NCBI GenBank assembly: GCA_965204575.1
Contig: OZ241993.1
Span: 1,536,001-1,600,000, forward strand
Direction: 5' to 3'
DNA: 64,000 bases
From: an uncultured candidatus Porisulfidus sp.
GTDB taxonomy: Bacteria; Pseudomonadota; Gammaproteobacteria; Poriferisulfidales; Poriferisulfidaceae
Below the pieces are notes generated by a model, which did not search any database, was not told the origin of the DNA, and saw only the letters and a list, made by a program, of their open reading frames with translations. The translations under genes and the position numbers were made by a program. Positions 60,838 through 64,000 of this stretch are shown here, piece by piece (within the stretch, counting starts at the first letter, position 1; each line of letters opens with the position of its first letter).

Positions 60838-62673
60838 ATGACTCCCGCCACCCAGAAAGGCGATCTTCACCGCAGTGCCGCCCAGACCCACCAGCGGTTG
60901 CGCTTGCTGGTCGGTTTCGGAAGCCTGTTGTTGTTGCTGTTACTGCTGCGGATCGGCTGGATGCAGACGATTCACACCGCGCACTTCACTGCGTTGTCAA
61001 CGAAAAACCACCTGCGCCAGATTCCCCTTCCTCCTCCGCGCGGCCTGATCTTCGACCGCCACGGCACCCTGCTCGCGGATAACAGCGTCGAATACAGCCT
61101 GAGCCTGGTTCCTTCCCAAGTTGACGACCTGGATGCCACGATTTCAAAATTGCGGGAACTGGCCGACATCCATGACCGGGAAGTCCAGCGATTCCAGCAA
61201 CACGATCAAAGCAGTAAATTTGAAACGACTCCACTCAAGATCGATCTGTCGGAAGAGACGATCGCACGCATCGCCGTGCAATTGCACCAGTTGCCGAGTG
61301 TTTACCTGGAGGCCTATGCCGTACGCCGCTACACGTACGGCGAATCAACGGCTCATGTACTCGGCCACCTGGCCAGCATCAGCAAGAAAGACCGGGAACG
61401 CATTGATTTACACCGTTACCGGGGAACCCGGAGGATCGGTCGGGTCGGGATCGAGCATCAATATGAATCTCTTCTGCTCGGGATCCCCGGCCTGCAACAA
61501 GCTGAAATCAATGCACAGGGCCGTTCCCTGATGGTGCACGACCGCAAGGCGCCCACCCCCGGCAGCAACCTGGTGCTTACGCTGGATGCCGGCCTGCAGC
61601 GGGTGGCAAGCGACGCCATGGCTGGACGGGAAGGTGCAATCGTCGCCCTTGAACCCTCAACTGGCGATATTCTGGCATTGGTCAGCACGCCCAGTTTCGA
61701 CCCGGACGTGTTCGGGCACAGCATTGATCCCGGCGACTACCAGAACTTGATCCGGGACGCGAAAAATCCGCTTCTCAATCGCGCCATCCAGGGGCAGTAT
61801 GCGCCGGGCTCCACCATCAAGCCCTTTGTCGCCCTCGCCGGGCTCGAGTCTGGCCACGCCATCCCGGACAAACAATTTTTCGCCGCCCCCCAATTCAAGA
61901 TCCCGAACTATCGCCGCCCTTTCCGGGATTGGAAGGACGAGGGTCACGGCTGGGTCACGGTCAGTTCCTCGATCACCCAGTCCTGCGACGTTTACTTTTA
62001 CTCGCTGGCCTACCGCATGGGGATCGAGGCACTAGAACCTTTCCTGGCGCAATTCGGGCTCGGCCAGACCCAGCAACTCGACCTGCCCGGAGAACGCGCC
62101 GGGCTGCTTCCCAACGAAACATGGAAGCAACAGATGTACGGGCAACCCTGGTACCCGGGCGAAACCGTCATCATGGGCATCGGTCAGGGATACCTGCTGC
62201 TGACGCCTTTGCAACTTGCCACTGCAACCGCGGCGCTGGCGACCCGCGGCATCCGCATGAAGCCGCGCCTGCTGCGCGCCTACGAACAGGATGGAGAGAT
62301 CATCGAGAACCCGCCGGAAGAACTCGGGCGCGTGACGCTCTCCAACCCGGCCTGGTGGGACCTGGTCACGAACGCCATGGTGGATGTGGTTCACGCCGAG
62401 AACGGAACCGCCCGGCGCTCTGGACTGGATGCGCCATATCGCATCGCAGGCAAGACCGGAACCGCACAGGTCATCAACTACGGCGAAAAACGCCCTGATT
62501 CCGAAGACCTCCCCGAACATATCCGCGACCATTCCCTGTTCATCGCTTTCGCCCCCGCCGAAGCACCGGAAATCGCCCTTGCGGTCATTGTCGAACATGG
62601 GGGCCACGGCTCCACCATGGCCGCGCCCATCGCCCGCCGGCTCCTGGACGCCTACCTCTTGAGATCCTTGTAA
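60838..62673 (+). CDS. mrdA: Penicillin-binding protein 2
   Basis: P.RG.I.DR, PGSTIK (SxxK), SCD, KTGTAQ. Confidence 0.95.
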   Translation: MTPATQKGDLHRSAAQTHQRLRLLVGFGSLLLLLLLLRIGWMQTIHTAHFTALSTKNHLRQIPLPPPRGLIFDRHGTLLADNSVEYSLSLVPSQVDDLDATISKLRELADIHDREVQRFQQHDQSSKFETTPLKIDLSEETIARIAVQLHQLPSVYLEAYAVRRYTYGESTAHVLGHLASISKKDRERIDLHRYRGTRRIGRVGIEHQYESLLLGIPGLQQAEINAQGRSLMVHDRKAPTPGSNLVLTLDAGLQRVASDAMAGREGAIVALEPSTGDILALVSTPSFDPDVFGHSIDPGDYQNLIRDAKNPLLNRAIQGQYAPGSTIKPFVALAGLESGHAIPDKQFFAAPQFKIPNYRRPFRDWKDEGHGWVTVSSSITQSCDVYFYSLAYRMGIEALEPFLAQFGLGQTQQLDLPGERAGLLPNETWKQQMYGQPWYPGETVIMGIGQGYLLLTPLQLATATAALATRGIRMKPRLLRAYEQDGEIIENPPEELGRVTLSNPAWWDLVTNAMVDVVHAENGTARRSGLDAPYRIAGKTGTAQVINYGEKRPDSEDLPEHIRDHSLFIAFAPAEAPEIALAVIVEHGGHGSTMAAPIARRLLDAYLLRSL

Positions 62674-63779
62674 TGGCGCCGCGCTTTTACACTTCTGCCG
62701 TGTCCAGGCTGGTGGAACCACTGGATCGTACCCTGCTGGCATTGCTCTTGGCGGTCCTGGCGCTCAGCCTGACGATTCAGTACAGCGCCAACGACATGAG
62801 TCTTCAAGCGACCCAGCAGCATGCCATTCGAATCGGAATCGGCCTGCTCGCGCTTCTGGTCATGGCGCACATCACCCCGCAACGCCTGAGGCGATGGGCC
62901 CCTGCCTTGTTCCTGCTCAACCTGCTGCTGCTGGTGGCCGTCATATTCTATGGCAGCGGCAGCACCGCCCAGCGCTGGCTGTCGTACGGTCCGATTGCCC
63001 TCCAACCGTCCGAACTCCTCAAACTCACCATTCCCATGATCGTGGCCTACATCCTGGGGCCCTCCCTGCCGCCCCTGTCCTCTCTCCGCGTCAGTTTGGC
63101 CTTGGGGCTGGTGGCCCTCGCGACCTGGCTGGTTGCGATCCAGCCGGACCTGGGCACGGCGCTTCTGGTCTCCGCGATCGGGGTCTCGGTCACCCTGCTG
63201 GCCGGGATTTCAAGGCGGTGGATTCTCGGCCTGGGAGCACTGTCCGGCATCAGCCTGCCGTTCGTGTGGCAGTACGCCTTGCGCGAATACCAGAAAGACC
63301 GGATCCGGATCTTCTTCAACCCGGAGGCCGACCCGCTCGGCAGCGGCTACAACGTCATCCAGTCCAAGATCGCCGTCGGCTCCGGCGGCCTCTCCGGCAA
63401 GGGCTGGACCCAAAGTACCCAGGCGCAGTTCAATTTCCTGCCGGAGCACTCCACCGATTTCATCTTTTCCGTCTACGCCGAGGAATTCGGCCTGATCGGG
63501 GTGGCCCTGCTGATCATCCTGTACCTGGCGATCCTGTGGCGGGTGGTGGCTCTGAGTCGAGCCGGACCGGACCGATTCAGCCAGCTGCTGATCGGCGGGC
63601 TCGGCCTGTCCCTGCTCATGCATGTCCTGATCAACATCGCGATGACTGTCGGCTATGCCCCCGTGACCGGGTCGCCGCTGCCTCTGCTAAGCTATGGGGG
63701 AAGCGCCATGATCAGCACTCTGGCCGCATTCGGTATGATGATGGCGACCCGGCATTACGCCCACGCGCGTCACAAATAA
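62673..63779 (+). CDS. rodA: Rod shape-determining SEDS protein
   Basis: QRWL, QPSE..K, QPDLGT, GSGG..GKG, LPE..TDFIF, LP..SYGGS. Confidence 0.95.
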   Translation: MAPRFYTSAVSRLVEPLDRTLLALLLAVLALSLTIQYSANDMSLQATQQHAIRIGIGLLALLVMAHITPQRLRRWAPALFLLNLLLLVAVIFYGSGSTAQRWLSYGPIALQPSELLKLTIPMIVAYILGPSLPPLSSLRVSLALGLVALATWLVAIQPDLGTALLVSAIGVSVTLLAGISRRWILGLGALSGISLPFVWQYALREYQKDRIRIFFNPEADPLGSGYNVIQSKIAVGSGGLSGKGWTQSTQAQFNFLPEHSTDFIFSVYAEEFGLIGVALLIILYLAILWRVVALSRAGPDRFSQLLIGGLGLSLLMHVLINIAMTVGYAPVTGSPLPLLSYGGSAMISTLAAFGMMMATRHYAHARHK

Positions 63780-63793
63780 AGCGAGGAGCCTGC

Positions 63794-64000
63794 ATGATAT
63801 TCAGAAATCGCTGGCTTTTGCTGTGTCTTCTGCCGGGCTGTGCCCTGGCAAGCGAAAACCCCGTCCCGTACATTGAACGCCCCGAGGTCCGCGCCTGGGC
63901 CGAACAGGTCGTGAACGAGCACGGCCTGTCCTTCGAACGCATCCACAAGCTGATCGCGGAGTGCCAGCGCCAAGCCCAAGTCATTGCCAGCGCTCAACGC
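63794..64000 (+). CDS. mltB: Lytic murein transglycosylase B (5' part, truncated by window)
   Basis: GAGGAG RBS, signal peptide, Y..RPEV..W...V..HG; mrdA-rodA-mltB synteny. Confidence 0.65.
   Translation, partial: MIFRNRWLLLCLLPGCALASENPVPYIERPEVRAWAEQVVNEHGLSFERIHKLIAECQRQAQVIASAQR

Overview
GC-rich gammaproteobacterial chromosomal segment; FccAB plus a NapC/NirT cytochrome suggests a sulfide oxidiser. Most of the window is housekeeping: glyA-nrdR-ribD-ribE-ribB(A/X)-ribH-nusB-thiL-pgpA; exbBD-msbA/lpxK-trm112-kdsB-cbiX; lolCE-lolD; ccmABCD..EFGHI; napC-fccAB; mfd-csiV; nagZ-mscS; ftsK-lolA-rarA; trxB; aceA-icd; degQ-mrdA-rodA-mltB; tRNAs Gly-Cys-Leu and Ser. Three small islets interrupt this backbone: an AAA_14/DUF4143 ATPase with HigBA, an AbrB-PIN pair with an orphan RHH gene, and a Phd-VapC pair inside the ccm operon. 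Highlights: (1) a 216-nt group I intron in the anticodon of tRNA-Leu(UAA); (2) a repeat-containing autotransporter with a C14 tract in its 5' coding region (probable phase variation); (3) a stop-free MsbA-LpxK fusion; (4) an uncharacterised MotA/ExbB-like plus coiled-coil MotB-plug pair co-oriented with a Gld-type ABC/DUF4340 module; (5) a perfect 26-bp palindrome within a triple repeat upstream of the DUF4143 ATPase. All calls come from reading motifs by eye; no searches were run. No CRISPR array, integrase or transposase was seen.
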